64,000 nt of DNA, taken from Candidatus Igneacidithiobacillus taupoensis (lineage in GTDB: Bacteria > Pseudomonadota > Gammaproteobacteria > Acidithiobacillales > Acidithiobacillaceae). Both the position numbers and the translations under genes were made by a program. The DNA lies in contig JAEPKX010000002.1 of NCBI GenBank assembly GCA_021375695.1, forward strand, positions 30,794 through 94,793. Reading direction: 5' to 3'. The notes under the pieces were generated by a model that was given only the letters and a program-made list of their open reading frames with translations, was not told the DNA's origin and did no database searches. Of this stretch, positions 45,520 to 56,372 are shown in pieces. Every line of letters begins with the position of its first letter. The stretch's first letter is position 1.

Positions 45520-45972
45520 ATGTTTCGCGGAACGCATCGCCATAGTTTGGACAGCAAGGGACGTCTCAGCGTCCCGGCGCGCTTCCGCGATCGACTCCAA
45601 GCCCTCGCCGATGGTCAATTGATTGTTACCATCAATCCCACCAGTACCGATTCGGAACGCTGCCTCTGGGCCTATCCCCTCAATGAATGGGAAGCGGTGG
45701 AGCGGAAGGTGGCGGCGTTGCCCAGCACGCAGCCCAGTATTCGTCGCTTTCAACGACTGTTCATTGGTCACTCCGAAGAGTTACGCCTGGATAATCAATC
45801 GCGCGTCCTCCTGTCGTCGTCTTTGCGCCAATATGCGCGGATCGAGCGGGATGTGGTGCTGGTGGGCCAGATCAGTAAGTTCGAGATTTGGGATGCCGCC
45901 CTCTGGGATCGTCAAGAGGAACTCATGGACGATGAGGATGTGCTGGCGGCCATTGGGGATCTCCAGCTATGA
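45520..45972 (+). CDS. mraZ: Transcriptional regulator MraZ
   Basis: MFRGTHRHSLDSKGRLSVPARFR; 150 aa with two SpoVT/AbrB-like halves. Confidence 0.96.
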   Translation: MFRGTHRHSLDSKGRLSVPARFRDRLQALADGQLIVTINPTSTDSERCLWAYPLNEWEAVERKVAALPSTQPSIRRFQRLFIGHSEELRLDNQSRVLLSSSLRQYARIERDVVLVGQISKFEIWDAALWDRQEELMDDEDVLAAIGDLQL

Positions 45973-46925
45973 GTGCTGCCGCCCATCTCCCGGTGCTGCC
46001 GAAGGAGACCTTGGCGGCCCTGGCTCCGGCATTGGCAGGTTCCACTATCCGCAGGCTGGTGGATGCCACAGGGGGGCGCGGTGGTCATAGCGCCTTGTTA
46101 CTGGAGCAATTGGGTCCCAAGGATCGTCTTTGTATTCTGGATCGCGATCCCGAGGCCATTGCCGCCCTTGCGGAGCGCTTTGGTGAGGATGAGCGAGTCC
46201 AATGGGTGCAGGCGTCCTTTGATCAATTGGCCAAGATTCTGGAGGAACGATCCTGGATGGGTCGGGTGGATGCCATTTTGGCCGATCTGGGTGTTTCCTC
46301 CCCGCAGTTAGATAGTGCGCAACGGGGATTTAGTTTTCTGCGCGATGGTCCCCTGGATATGCGCATGGATCCAGAGCATGGAGAGTCGGCCGCCCAATGG
46401 CTGGCAAGGGCCGATGCCGCAGAGCTTCGCCGGGTGCTCTGGGAGTATGGCGAAGAACGTGCTGCCAAGAGGATTGCCGCGGCCATCGTGGCCCGCCGCG
46501 CCCAAACCCCCCTCTTGCGAACCACGGAGCTCGCGGAGCTGATTTCCCAACTGCTCCCTAAAACTGCGGGCATTCATCCAGCGACGAGGACCTTTCAGGC
46601 CATCAGGATCCATGTCAATGACGAGCTGGGTCAGTTGCAGCGTTTTTTACCCCAGGCTCTGGCGGCGTTACGACCGGGGGGGAGGCTGGCCATCATTAGT
46701 TTTCATTCCCTGGAAGACCGGCTGGTGAAACGGTTTTTTCGCGCTGCCGAGTCCCGTCCCGATTCCCGCTTGCCCTTGCGGCATCATGAGCTTCCGCCCC
46801 AGCCCTGGATCGAGATCAGCCCTGCCATCCAGGCCCAGGCTTTGGAAATAACGCAAAATCCGCGCGCCCGATCGGCAGTATTGCGGGCAGCCACAAAAAA
46901 CCCGGAGTATGCCCATGCGTCGTAG
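45969..46925 (+). CDS. rsmH: 16S rRNA (cytosine1402-N4)-methyltransferase RsmH
   Basis: HLPVL...DATGGRGGHS, DLGVSSPQLD and SFHSLEDR motifs. Confidence 0.96.
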   Translation: MSAAAHLPVLPKETLAALAPALAGSTIRRLVDATGGRGGHSALLLEQLGPKDRLCILDRDPEAIAALAERFGEDERVQWVQASFDQLAKILEERSWMGRVDAILADLGVSSPQLDSAQRGFSFLRDGPLDMRMDPEHGESAAQWLARADAAELRRVLWEYGEERAAKRIAAAIVARRAQTPLLRTTELAELISQLLPKTAGIHPATRTFQAIRIHVNDELGQLQRFLPQALAALRPGGRLAIISFHSLEDRLVKRFFRAAESRPDSRLPLRHHELPPQPWIEISPAIQAQALEITQNPRARSAVLRAATKNPEYAHAS

Positions 46926-47178
46926 CACCCTGATTTTAGTGGCTCTGATTACCATGACCTTGCTTGGAATCGTTGCCGCAAGGGAAACCAGTCGGAGCCG
47001 ATTCATTGAACTGCAGACCCTGCAAAACAAGATCTTTGCACTGAACAATCGCTGGGGACAACTGCAGCTGGAACAGGCAACGCTGGCGTCGGATACGCGG
47101 GTTGGTGATATTGCGCACCAACAGTTGGGGCTACAAGCGCCCCGCACCAGCCAGATCGTCATGGTCAAAAGTCAATGA
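46909..47178 (+). CDS. ftsL: Cell division protein FtsL
   Basis: 89 aa. A single TM helix plus coiled coil, positioned between rsmH and ftsI. Confidence 0.85.
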   Translation: MPMRRSTLILVALITMTLLGIVAARETSRSRFIELQTLQNKIFALNNRWGQLQLEQATLASDTRVGDIAHQQLGLQAPRTSQIVMVKSQ

Positions 47179-48923
47179 ATGACAGGCGCCTTCCCGCCCC
47201 CAGGCTCTCGCGCTGGCGACCGCGCCTGCTATTGGGAGTGCTGGGTGCGGGAATGCTGGGAATTGCTTGGCAGTCCTGGCAGGTGCAGGTGGGTAAGGGA
47301 TCCTTTCTGCGCAATCAGGGGGAACTCCGCTATCAACGGCAATTGCCGGTGCCGACCCCTGCGCGGGCAAGTATCTATGATCGCTATGGGCAAGCCCTGG
47401 CGGTCTCTGTTCCCACCACGACCCTATGGGTGGAACCCGCGATCTTTACGAAGCACCGGGATCAATGGTCCCGGCTGGAGGGGGTCCTGGGGATGGATGC
47501 CCGGCGCATTAACGAACGCATAGCCCACGGCGGTTCTGCTTTTGCTTATCTGGATCGGCAACTGGATCCCGGTACTGCCGAGCGGGCTATGGCCCTGCGG
47601 GTTCCGGGCCTGCATCCAGTGCAGGAATATCGACGCTTTTATCCCATGGGCGAGGTGACAGGGCCCTTGCTGGGTTTTACGAATGTGGATGGGAAGGGCA
47701 GTGAAGGCCTGGAACTTGCCTACGATCACGCCTTGCGAAGCTGGGCTGGTCGCCAGGAGGTGCTGCGGGATAATCGGGGGCAATCCCTACAAGTATCGAC
47801 CCGGCGCCCTTCGCGCTTGGGGCAGGATCTCTATCTGACGATTGATAGTCGTTTGCAATACGTGACGTATCGGGCCTTGGCGGCAGCGGTCCAGGGTTTT
47901 GCCGCCCGGTCTGGTTCGGCGGTACTACTGGATACCCAAACCGGCGCCATTCTCGCCATGGTCAGTTACCCCGCCAACAACCCCAATGACCGAGACCACT
48001 ACAATCCCGGCATCGCCAGCAATCGCGCCATCACGCATGCCTTCGAACCGGGCTCAGTGATGAAGCCCTTTGCCGTCGCTGCCGGACTCGACAGCGGCCA
48101 TGTCCAGGCCCAACAGCGTTTTGCCGTGGACACCAACTGTTTCCGGGTAGGGAGCTATTGCATTCGCGATGACGTACGCCATGGTACCTTGAGCATCGGC
48201 GAAATTCTCAAGTATTCCAGCAACATCGGCGCAGCCAAAATCGCTTTGGCTACGCCTGCCAAAGACTTGTACGGGCTCTTGCAGAAGCTCGGTTTTGGCG
48301 GTAATTCCCTGGGCTTGCCGGGAGAGACGAGCGGTCGCCTTCCTGATTGGCACCAGTGGAGCCCCGCCAGTCATGCCGCCATGGCCTATGGCTACGGTAT
48401 TTCGGTCAATACCCTGCAGCTGGCAGCCGCCTATGGGGCCATAGCCCATGACGGAGTCTATGTGCCGCCGCACCTGATCCTTGGACAGCGGTTGGCGGGA
48501 ACCCGGGTGATGTCGTCAGCGACAGCCGCCCATCTACGCAACTGGCTGGCGGGGGTAGTGGCTCCTGGCGGGACCGGCTTCCTGGCGGCAATCCCGGGTT
48601 ATTCGGTAGCGGGGAAGACGGGCACGGCAGCCATGGCCGATGGCAAGGGCGGCTTTCATCATCACCAGGTCAATACCACCTTTGTCGGTTTTGCCCCCGT
48701 GACCCATCCCCGCTATGTCATGGCAGTAACGGTGCGCGATCCCACCCGGGGATGGCGCTACGGGGGGGTGGTGGCCGCGCCGGTCTTTCGGGTAAGCATG
48801 GCGGAGGCCTTGCGGCTGGGCCAGGTGGCCCCAGACCGGGACCTCTCCCCCACGGGCCTGGAAAAGATCAGCGCCCTCCAACAACAGCGCTGGGCCGAAG
48901 GAGGGGGCGATGCCGTCCACTGA
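47175..48923 (+). CDS. ftsI: Peptidoglycan D,D-transpeptidase FtsI (PBP3)
   Basis: 582 aa. SVMKP (SxxK), SSN and KTGT motifs. Confidence 0.95.
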   Translation: MNDRRLPAPRLSRWRPRLLLGVLGAGMLGIAWQSWQVQVGKGSFLRNQGELRYQRQLPVPTPARASIYDRYGQALAVSVPTTTLWVEPAIFTKHRDQWSRLEGVLGMDARRINERIAHGGSAFAYLDRQLDPGTAERAMALRVPGLHPVQEYRRFYPMGEVTGPLLGFTNVDGKGSEGLELAYDHALRSWAGRQEVLRDNRGQSLQVSTRRPSRLGQDLYLTIDSRLQYVTYRALAAAVQGFAARSGSAVLLDTQTGAILAMVSYPANNPNDRDHYNPGIASNRAITHAFEPGSVMKPFAVAAGLDSGHVQAQQRFAVDTNCFRVGSYCIRDDVRHGTLSIGEILKYSSNIGAAKIALATPAKDLYGLLQKLGFGGNSLGLPGETSGRLPDWHQWSPASHAAMAYGYGISVNTLQLAAAYGAIAHDGVYVPPHLILGQRLAGTRVMSSATAAHLRNWLAGVVAPGGTGFLAAIPGYSVAGKTGTAAMADGKGGFHHHQVNTTFVGFAPVTHPRYVMAVTVRDPTRGWRYGGVVAAPVFRVSMAEALRLGQVAPDRDLSPTGLEKISALQQQRWAEGGGDAVH

Positions 48924-50352
48924 CTGGTCGTTGGCTGCCCTGCTGCCGGAACTCAGCCCCAGCTCCTCTCTGGAAATCCAGGTCATTGCCAGCGACAGTC
49001 GGCAGGTTGCACCTGGTACCTTGTTTTTTGGCTTGCAGACAGCTCATGGGGATGGTAGCAATTTTTTGCAGGACGCCTGGGCAGCTGGAGCCAGGGCAGC
49101 GGTGGTGGAAGCCCAACAACCGGGCTACAGGGAGGACGCCGGGCGTCCGATCTGGTTTCGCCCCGATGCCCGGGAGCTTTTGGGTTGGGCTTTGCGACGG
49201 CGGTCGCAGTGGGTGCCAGAGAATGACCCTCTCCTCATCGGTGTCACGGGGACCAATGGCAAAAGTAGTGTGACCCGCTTGTTGGCCCAATTGGCCCCTG
49301 CTCCCAGCGAGGTGATTGGTACCCTGGGTTATGGGCCGGTGGATGCCCTTCAGCCCCTGGCCAATACCACGCCAGCGGCCGTTGAACTATGGCCTTTGTT
49401 GCTTGGGGCCCGGGCCAGGGGAGTCAAGACCGTGGCCCTGGAGGTCTCTTCCCATGCCTTGGCCTTGGGCCGGGTGGCGGCAGTACCCTTCCGGGTCGCC
49501 GTCTTTACCAATCTGAGTCAAGATCATCTGGATTTTCATGGTAGTCTCGAGAACTACGGTGCGGCCAAGGCCAGGCTCTTCCAGACTCCTGAACTGGAAT
49601 GGGCCATCCTCAATGCCGATGATCCCTTCAGCGCCAAGATCCATAGTCTCCTGGTACCAGGGGTCCGGGTGCTGACCTATGGGTTTACGGGTGGGGAGTA
49701 CCGGGTGCGGGAGTTCCACCCCGGTGCCAGTGGTTCCCTGTTGGAAGTGCAAACTCCCCAGGGCATCCGGCGGGTGCGTAGTCCCCTCCTGGGGCGGGTC
49801 AACGCCTACAATCTCCTCGCAGCATGGGCCTGTGCTGCGGCCCTTGGCTGGGAAGGCGTCGAGCGCCGGATGGTGGATCTTTCCCCGCCACCAGGGCGCT
49901 ACCAACGGCTGCCCCAAAGACCGGGCAAGCCCCAGGTAATGGTCGACTATGCCCATACCCCGGATGCCTTGGCCCAGGTGCTCCGTGACCTGCGTAGCAT
50001 CGCCAAGGGCCGGATCACGGTGGTCTTTGGCTGCGGCGGAGAGCGGGACCGGGGCAAGCGACCGCAGATGGGCGCCATAGCCCACGGGCTTGCCGACCGG
50101 ATCATCCTCACCAACGATAACCCAAGGGGGGAAGACCCCTTGGCCATCATTGCGGAGATTCGGGCGGGAATCCCGGGCGATGTCCCAGTGGAGTTGGATC
50201 GCCGCCGCGCCATTGCCAGGGCCATTGCCGAGGCCGGGCCTGGGGATTGGGTGCTCATTGCCGGCAAGGGACACGAAAACTACCAGGATCAGGCTGGCCA
50301 GCGGACTGCCTTTGCCGACGCCCAGGTGGCCCTGGAGGAGTTGGCGGGATGA
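48910..50352 (+). CDS. murE: UDP-N-acetylmuramoyl-L-alanyl-D-glutamate--2,6-diaminopimelate ligase MurE
   Basis: GVTGTNGKSS P-loop and DNPRGEDP motif typical of meso-DAP-adding MurE. Confidence 0.95.
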   Translation: MPSTDWSLAALLPELSPSSSLEIQVIASDSRQVAPGTLFFGLQTAHGDGSNFLQDAWAAGARAAVVEAQQPGYREDAGRPIWFRPDARELLGWALRRRSQWVPENDPLLIGVTGTNGKSSVTRLLAQLAPAPSEVIGTLGYGPVDALQPLANTTPAAVELWPLLLGARARGVKTVALEVSSHALALGRVAAVPFRVAVFTNLSQDHLDFHGSLENYGAAKARLFQTPELEWAILNADDPFSAKIHSLLVPGVRVLTYGFTGGEYRVREFHPGASGSLLEVQTPQGIRRVRSPLLGRVNAYNLLAAWACAAALGWEGVERRMVDLSPPPGRYQRLPQRPGKPQVMVDYAHTPDALAQVLRDLRSIAKGRITVVFGCGGERDRGKRPQMGAIAHGLADRIILTNDNPRGEDPLAIIAEIRAGIPGDVPVELDRRRAIARAIAEAGPGDWVLIAGKGHENYQDQAGQRTAFADAQVALEELAG

Positions 50353-51698
50353 TGGAACTCACCCTCGGAGAAATCGTCCACATCACCCAGGGGTGCCTGT
50401 TGCCAGACAGCCCCCCGGAAAAGAAGATCCATGGACTGGCCACCGACAGTCGCAAGATACAGGCTGGGTCCCTCTTTGTGGCCCTCCAGGGGCCAACGTA
50501 CGATGGCCACGACTTTACCCATGCGGCGCTGGCTGGAGGCGCAGCAGCCACTCTCGTGCACCGCCCCGTGCCAGGCCCAGGGGTGCTGGTAGGCGATACC
50601 CTCCAGGCGCTGCAAGCGCTGGCAGCGGACTGGCGACAGCGGCTGCCAGCACGCATCCTCGGGATTACGGGCTCCTGTGGCAAGACCACGGTCAAGGAGG
50701 TTTTGGCGGCCATTTTGCAGGAACAGGGTCCGACCCTGTCCACGCAGGGCAACCTCAACAATCACATCGGTGTCCCCTTGACCCTGGCTCGCCTGGGTCC
50801 GGAGCATCGCTTTGCGGTGGTGGAAATGGGGATGAATCATGCCGGTGAACTGACGATCCTGAGTCGTTTGGCCCGGCCCGATTTGGTGCTCATCAACAAT
50901 GCCGGGGCTGCCCATCTCGAAGGCTTGGGTTCCATTGCCGCCGTTGCGGCTGCCAAGGGGGAGATTTTGCTGGGTCTCTCTTCCACGGGGATTGCCATTC
51001 TCAATGGTGATGACCCATTTGTGGATTATTGGGCCCAACGGGCCCCCGGAGAGGTCTGGCGATTTAGTTTGTCTGACCGGCCGGTGCGGGTGCGGGGACA
51101 GTGGCAGGCCCAGGGTACGGGAGGGGAAATGCTGGTGCAGGCCCCCCAGGGGAGCTTCTCCCTGAAAATTCCCTTACCTGGCCGGCACAATGGTGCCAAT
51201 GTCCTGGCGGCCGTGACGGCGGCCTTGGCCCTGGAGGTGCCAGTGCATGCCATTGTTCGCGCCGTCGCCCAGCTGCAAGGGGTCCCCGGTCGCCTGCAGT
51301 GGAAGACCGGTCCAGCCCACAGTCGGATCCTCGACGATAGTTATAATGCCAATCCCTCGAGCCTGGAAGCGGCGTTGCAGGTGCTGGCCCAACAGCCTGG
51401 AAACCGCATTCTGGTGCTCGGGGACATGGCCGAGCTGGGACCCGATACCGAACTCTATCATCGGCAAGCAGGACAACGGGCCCGAGAGCTCGGTATCGAT
51501 GCGCTCTTTGCCATTGGCCCATTGAGCGCTGCCGCGGCTGCTGGCTTTGGCAGCGACGCCCGTCATTTCGATTCGCAGGAAGTCCTGGTCCAGGAACTAT
51601 GGAAAGTTTTGGATGCCCATAGCACGGTCTTGGTCAAAGGGTCGCGCAAAGCCCGGATGGAGCAGGTAGTGCGCTCCCTGACGGTGGAGGAGGGATAG
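50349..51698 (+). CDS. murF: UDP-N-acetylmuramoyl-tripeptide--D-alanyl-D-alanine ligase MurF
   Basis: ATG 50349 overlaps the murE stop (ATGATG). [11 protein letters not shown]-loop. The ORF-track start 50247 lies inside murE. Confidence 0.95.
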   Translation: MMELTLGEIVHITQGCLLPDSPPEKKIHGLATDSRKIQAGSLFVALQGPTYDGHDFTHAALAGGAAATLVHRPVPGPGVLVGDTLQALQALAADWRQRLPARILGITGSCGKTTVKEVLAAILQEQGPTLSTQGNLNNHIGVPLTLARLGPEHRFAVVEMGMNHAGELTILSRLARPDLVLINNAGAAHLEGLGSIAAVAAAKGEILLGLSSTGIAILNGDDPFVDYWAQRAPGEVWRFSLSDRPVRVRGQWQAQGTGGEMLVQAPQGSFSLKIPLPGRHNGANVLAAVTAALALEVPVHAIVRAVAQLQGVPGRLQWKTGPAHSRILDDSYNANPSSLEAALQVLAQQPGNRILVLGDMAELGPDTELYHRQAGQRARELGIDALFAIGPLSAAAAAGFGSDARHFDSQEVLVQELWKVLDAHSTVLVKGSRKARMEQVVRSLTVEEG

Positions 51699-51699
51699 G

Positions 51700-52782
51700 A
51701 TGCTCTATTACCTCCTGATGCAACTCCAGGGTCTTTACCACGGCTTCCATGTCTTTTCCTATCTGACCCTGCGCGGAGTCCTGGCGATCCTGACGGCCCT
51801 GATCCTGTCCTTGGGGCTCGGCCCTTGGGTCATTGCGCGCCTGCGCTGGTACAAGATCGGCCAGATGGTACGCAACGATGGACCCGAGACCCACCTTGCC
51901 AAGCAGGGCACGCCCACCATGGGCGGTGCTTTGATCGTCCTGGTGGTCCTGGTGACCACGCTGCTGTGGTCCGATTTGACCAACCCCATGGTCTGGATTG
52001 CCATGTTGACCACTTTGTTTTTTGGGCTCATCGGGTTCCTGGATGATTGGCGGAAGTTACGCAAACGCAATAGCAAGGGGCTCACGGCCCGGGTAAAGTA
52101 TGCTTTGCAGTCGCTGGTGGCCGTGGCTGCGGCCGCCGCCCTGTACCTGACGGCGGAGGGACCCTCCGCCCACAGCCTGATCATTCCCTTTGTGCCCCAT
52201 GTTCTGATTCCCCTGGGGTTGGGTTTTGTGGTCTTTGGCTATTTTGTCATCGTCGGGACTTCCAATGCCGTCAATCTGACCGATGGTCTGGACGGCCTGG
52301 CCATTGTGCCGACGGTCATGGTGGCTGGTGCCCTGGGAATCTTTACCTATGTCTCCGGTAACGCGGTCTTTGCCCGGTATCTGGAGATCCCCTTTGTGCC
52401 TGGTTCCGGGCAGTTGTTGATCTTTTGTGGGGCCCTGGTGGGAGCGGGCCTGGGTTTCCTCTGGTTCAATACCTATCCAGCCGAAGTATTCATGGGGGAT
52501 ACGGGTGCATTGGCATTGGGGGCGGCATTGGCGGTGGTGGCCATTGTGGCCCGGCAGGAACTGGTACTGGTGATCATGGGCGGGGTATTCGTGGTGGAGA
52601 CCCTGTCGGTCATGATCCAGGTGACTTCGTTTCGACTGACAGGCAAGCGGGTTTTTCGGATGGCCCCTATTCATCATCATTATGAGAAAAAAGGCTGGCC
52701 CGAGCCCCGGGTAGCGGTACGGTTTTGGATCATTACGGTGATCCTGGTCTTGATTGGCCTGTCGAGCTTGAAAATCCGATGA
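51700..52782 (+). CDS. mraY: Phospho-N-acetylmuramoyl-pentapeptide transferase MraY
   Basis: 360 aa. [13 protein letters not shown] and HHHYE motifs. Confidence 0.96.
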   Translation: MLYYLLMQLQGLYHGFHVFSYLTLRGVLAILTALILSLGLGPWVIARLRWYKIGQMVRNDGPETHLAKQGTPTMGGALIVLVVLVTTLLWSDLTNPMVWIAMLTTLFFGLIGFLDDWRKLRKRNSKGLTARVKYALQSLVAVAAAAALYLTAEGPSAHSLIIPFVPHVLIPLGLGFVVFGYFVIVGTSNAVNLTDGLDGLAIVPTVMVAGALGIFTYVSGNAVFARYLEIPFVPGSGQLLIFCGALVGAGLGFLWFNTYPAEVFMGDTGALALGAALAVVAIVARQELVLVIMGGVFVVETLSVMIQVTSFRLTGKRVFRMAPIHHHYEKKGWPEPRVAVRFWIITVILVLIGLSSLKIR

Positions 52783-54128
52783 ATCTTTCCTGGGTGGGAC
52801 GAAAAGTAGCAGTGTTGGGCACCGGCAAGACCGGTGCGAGCCTGCTGGATGCAGTGCTTGCCTCGGGAGCCGAAATTTCCGTCTGGGATACCCGTGCCGA
52901 TCTGGATCTACCGTCATGGCAGCGGCGCTATCCAGGGGTGCGATTCCATTTTGGACCCATGGAACCTGCGGCCTTGCTGACCCAGGATCTGGTGTTGTGC
53001 AGTCCGGGCATCTCCCCCCTAACCCCCGCCATTGCCCGGGCGCGCCATGCCGGGATCCCCGTCTGGGGGGATGTGGAACTCTTCGCCCAGCATGCCCAAG
53101 CGCCCATCATCGCCATCACCGGCAGCAACGGCAAAAGTACCGTCACCACCCTGGTCGGCAAGATCATGCAGGCCGCGGGTCGACGGGTGGCCGTGGGGGG
53201 AAATCTGGGTACCCCTGCCTTGGAACTGCTCCCCAAGGCAGGAGAAGCAGAGGCGGAGCTTTATGTACTGGAGCTTTCCAGTTTCCAGCTGGAATACTCT
53301 CAAAGTCTTCGCCCCAAGGCCGCGGTCATTCTCAATATCACACCCGATCACCTGGATTGGCATGGAGATTTCGCCGCGTACGTGGCCGCCAAGTGGCGCA
53401 TCGCTCAGCGGATGGGACTGGGAGATTTCCTCTTGCTCCATGCAGATGATCCCGTGCTCCGGGAGGTCCCAGCCCTCTGCCCCGATCTGGCGGTAGAGTT
53501 TTTTGGTCAGGGGCAGGCTACGGAACTTCGTCAGGGAATCTTGATGGTGGCTGGAGAACCCTTGTTACCGGCTGCGCAATTGTCCATGGCCGGGCGCCAT
53601 AATCAGGAAAACGCCTTGGCAGCCGCCCGCCTCGCCCGACAATTGGGGGCACCGGATGCGGCCATTATCCAGACCCTCCGGGAATTTGTTGGCTTGCCCC
53701 ACCGGCTGCAATGGGTGGCCAAGGTCCATGGAGTGGACTACTACGATGATTCCAAGGCCACCAATGTGGGTGCCAGCCTACGTGCCATCGCGTCCTTGCC
53801 GGCACCCTTGGTGCTCATTTTGGGCGGCGATGCCAAGGGTGCCGATCTGCAACCCCTGCAAGCGGTCTGTGCCGGTCAACGCGCAGCGGTGTTGCTGGGC
53901 AAGGATGAAGAGCGTCTGGCAGAGATTCTGGATGGGATTTTGCCCTTACATCGTACCGGAAGACAAGGAATGACCGAGGTGGTGCGGCAGGCGGCCAACC
54001 TGGCCCAGCCCGGGGATAGGGTCCTGCTGTCGCCGGCCTGTGCGAGTCTCGATATGTTTGTCGATTACCAGGATCGTGGCCGTCAGTTTGCCGCGGCGGT
54101 GGCCCGTCTGGCGGAGGGCAGCTTATGA
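52779..54128 (+). CDS. murD: UDP-N-acetylmuramoylalanine--D-glutamate ligase MurD
   Basis: ATG 52779 overlaps the mraY stop (ATGA). [10 protein letters not shown] and [10 protein letters not shown] motifs. Confidence 0.95.
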   Translation: MNLSWVGRKVAVLGTGKTGASLLDAVLASGAEISVWDTRADLDLPSWQRRYPGVRFHFGPMEPAALLTQDLVLCSPGISPLTPAIARARHAGIPVWGDVELFAQHAQAPIIAITGSNGKSTVTTLVGKIMQAAGRRVAVGGNLGTPALELLPKAGEAEAELYVLELSSFQLEYSQSLRPKAAVILNITPDHLDWHGDFAAYVAAKWRIAQRMGLGDFLLLHADDPVLREVPALCPDLAVEFFGQGQATELRQGILMVAGEPLLPAAQLSMAGRHNQENALAAARLARQLGAPDAAIIQTLREFVGLPHRLQWVAKVHGVDYYDDSKATNVGASLRAIASLPAPLVLILGGDAKGADLQPLQAVCAGQRAAVLLGKDEERLAEILDGILPLHRTGRQGMTEVVRQAANLAQPGDRVLLSPACASLDMFVDYQDRGRQFAAAVARLAEGSL

Positions 54129-55294
54129 AGAAGCCCAGTTGGTGGATGGTCGAAGACGGCGCTCCAGATCTGGTGTTGGCCTGGATCTTGGTCATTCTGA
54201 TCTGCTTTGGTTTGGTCATGGTGTTCTCGGCGAGTGCCCCCGTGGCGCAGCAAGAGACGGGCAATCCTTTCTATTTTGCCGAGCGACAAATCCTCTTTGC
54301 CATGCTGGGGCTAGGGGTGCTCTATAGTTTCAGCCGGATCCAGCTCGAATTTTGGGAGCGTGTGACCTTTCCGCTCATGGGTATCTCTTTGCTTGCCTTG
54401 GTTCTGGTCTTTGTGCCGGTGGTGGGGGTGTCGGTCAATGGTTCCCATCGCTGGATCAACTTTCTGATCGTGCGTTTGCAGCCCTCAGAGCTTCTCAAAT
54501 TTGCCCTGTTGTTCTTCATGGCCCGTTATGTGGTGCGCAAAGGAGAATTATTGGGCAAGTGGAAAGAAGGATTGTGGCCTGTATTTGTCCTGCTCGCCCT
54601 ACTGGGACTGTTGCTCCTGCTCCAACCGGATTTTGGGTCCTTTGCCATGGTGGTGGTGATCACTGGCGTCCTCCTTTTCCTAGGCGGCCTTCCCCTGCGC
54701 TACGTCCTCTTTACTGGCGTCATTGCGGGAGCGTCCCTGGGATTGCTGGCGGTTTCGGCACCCTATCGGCTGGCCCGCATTACCTCCTTTACCAATCCAT
54801 GGGCGGATCCCTATGGAGCGGGGTTTCAACTCGTGCAGGCCCTGATTGCCTTTGGTCGCGGGGGAATTTTTGGGGTGGGACTTGGCAACGGCATTATGAA
54901 GTACTTCTATCTGCCGGAGTCCTATACGGATTTCATCCTGGCCGTGATCGGCGAGGAGCTTGGCATGATCGGAGTCTGGGCTTTGGCCCTGCTCTATACC
55001 GTGGCCTGTTGGCGGATCTATCGGATTGGGCGCCGTGCGGCTGCCGCCGGCGACGCCTTCTATGCCCTCTTTTGCTATGGGACCTTGGTCTGGTTTGGGG
55101 GGGAGGCGGTGATGTCCATGGGTGTGGATCTGGGGGCCCTTCCCACCAAAGGCTTTGCCCTTCCCCTGATTAGCTATGGCGGCAGTGCCTTGGTCTTTCT
55201 CTGTGCAACATTGGGGGTGGTACTGGCGGTCAGTCGCCGGTATCCAGCCCGGATTGCGGCAGCCAAGACCCAAGGGGAGGTAGCCCATGGGTAA
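54125..55294 (+). CDS. ftsW: Peptidoglycan glycosyltransferase FtsW (SEDS)
   Basis: 389 aa polytopic protein. LQPSELLKF and PTKGFALPLISYGGS motifs. Sits between murD and murG. Confidence 0.93.
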   Translation: MKKPSWWMVEDGAPDLVLAWILVILICFGLVMVFSASAPVAQQETGNPFYFAERQILFAMLGLGVLYSFSRIQLEFWERVTFPLMGISLLALVLVFVPVVGVSVNGSHRWINFLIVRLQPSELLKFALLFFMARYVVRKGELLGKWKEGLWPVFVLLALLGLLLLLQPDFGSFAMVVVITGVLLFLGGLPLRYVLFTGVIAGASLGLLAVSAPYRLARITSFTNPWADPYGAGFQLVQALIAFGRGGIFGVGLGNGIMKYFYLPESYTDFILAVIGEELGMIGVWALALLYTVACWRIYRIGRRAAAAGDAFYALFCYGTLVWFGGEAVMSMGVDLGALPTKGFALPLISYGGSALVFLCATLGVVLAVSRRYPARIAAAKTQGEVAHG

Positions 55295-56372
55295 GGCACC
55301 AGGAAGGGGAGTGCTCATCGCCGCTGGGGGCACCGGTGGACACATCTTCCCCGCCCTGGCGGTGGCTGCGGAATTGCGGCGGCGGGATCTTGCGGTAGCT
55401 TGGTTGGGAACAGCACGCGGGCTTGAAATGGGCCTGATTCCGGAATCCGGTTATCCCCTCCATGTCTTGGAGATCCAGGGAATCCGGGGGAAGGGTGCGA
55501 CCCGTTGGTTGCTGGCACCTGGCCAGATAGGACAAGCCGTCCTCCAGGCTCGGCAGATTCTGCGCGAAGTGCAGGCAGGAGTGGTCTTGGGAATGGGTGG
55601 GTACGTATCGGCCCCAGCGGGTTTGGCGGCACGAAGCCTGGGGATTCCGTTGATCATCCATGAACAAAATTCCATTCCCGGGTTAACCAACCGCTTACTG
55701 GCGCCGCTGGCACGCCGGGTCTTTACCGGCTTTCCGGAAAGTGGACTGCGGAAAGCCCAGTGGGTGGGGAATCCGGTCCGTCCTGAGATTGCGCAGATAG
55801 AACCGCCCGAACAGCGCCTGGTCGGGCGCAAGGGGGTAGCGCGATTGCTGATCATGGGGGGGAGCCAAGGGGCACAGGTCCTCAATGAATTGGCCGTTGC
55901 TGCCCTGGGAAGTCTACCGGTGGAGAGCCGTCCAGAAATCTGGCATCAGGCCGGGAAGGCCCATTGGGAGGCTTGTCAGCGAAGCTACCGACGAATGGGT
56001 ATCCAGGCCCGCGTCGAGCCGTTCATCGAGAATATGGCCGAGGCCTTGGCCTGGGCCGATTTGGCCCTGTGCCGGGCGGGTGCGGCAACCATCGCAGAAC
56101 TTTGTGCCGCAGGTCTGGGGAGCCTGTTGGTTCCGTATCCATTTGCCGTGGATGATCACCAGGCTGCCAATGCCCGCTTCTTGGAGGATGCCGGGGCGGC
56201 CAGACTGTTGCGTCAGGAAAGCTTGCGCCCGCGCGTACTGGCTGAGGCCCTGGCTCCCCTGCTTGCCGACCGCAACCGCCGACTTTCCTGGGCCCAGGCG
56301 GCACGTCGCCAGGCCAAGATCCAGGCCGCAGCAGCAGTGGCGGCAGCCTGTGCGGAGTTGACCCATGCGTAA
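55287..56372 (+). CDS. murG: Lipid II-forming UDP-GlcNAc transferase MurG
   Basis: AAGGTGGHIFPALAV and AGAATIAELCAAG motifs. Confidence 0.95.
   Translation: MGKAPGRGVLIAAGGTGGHIFPALAVAAELRRRDLAVAWLGTARGLEMGLIPESGYPLHVLEIQGIRGKGATRWLLAPGQIGQAVLQARQILREVQAGVVLGMGGYVSAPAGLAARSLGIPLIIHEQNSIPGLTNRLLAPLARRVFTGFPESGLRKAQWVGNPVRPEIAQIEPPEQRLVGRKGVARLLIMGGSQGAQVLNELAVAALGSLPVESRPEIWHQAGKAHWEACQRSYRRMGIQARVEPFIENMAEALAWADLALCRAGAATIAELCAAGLGSLLVPYPFAVDDHQAANARFLEDAGAARLLRQESLRPRVLAEALAPLLADRNRRLSWAQAARRQAKIQAAAAVAAACAELTHA

Noticed and set aside
50247-50348. N-terminal extensions in the ORF track. Affected genes are murF 50247, murD 52725, murB 57605, ddl 58491, ftsQ 59488, bioD 19442, comF 21630, proC 7932, mutT 36864, lpxC 42162 and secA 40710.
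   Set aside because: The extensions overlap the preceding gene and are not family-like. Conserved N-termini begin at internal starts that form ATGA/TGATG-type couplings with the upstream stop, so the starts were trimmed rather than treated as long overlaps.
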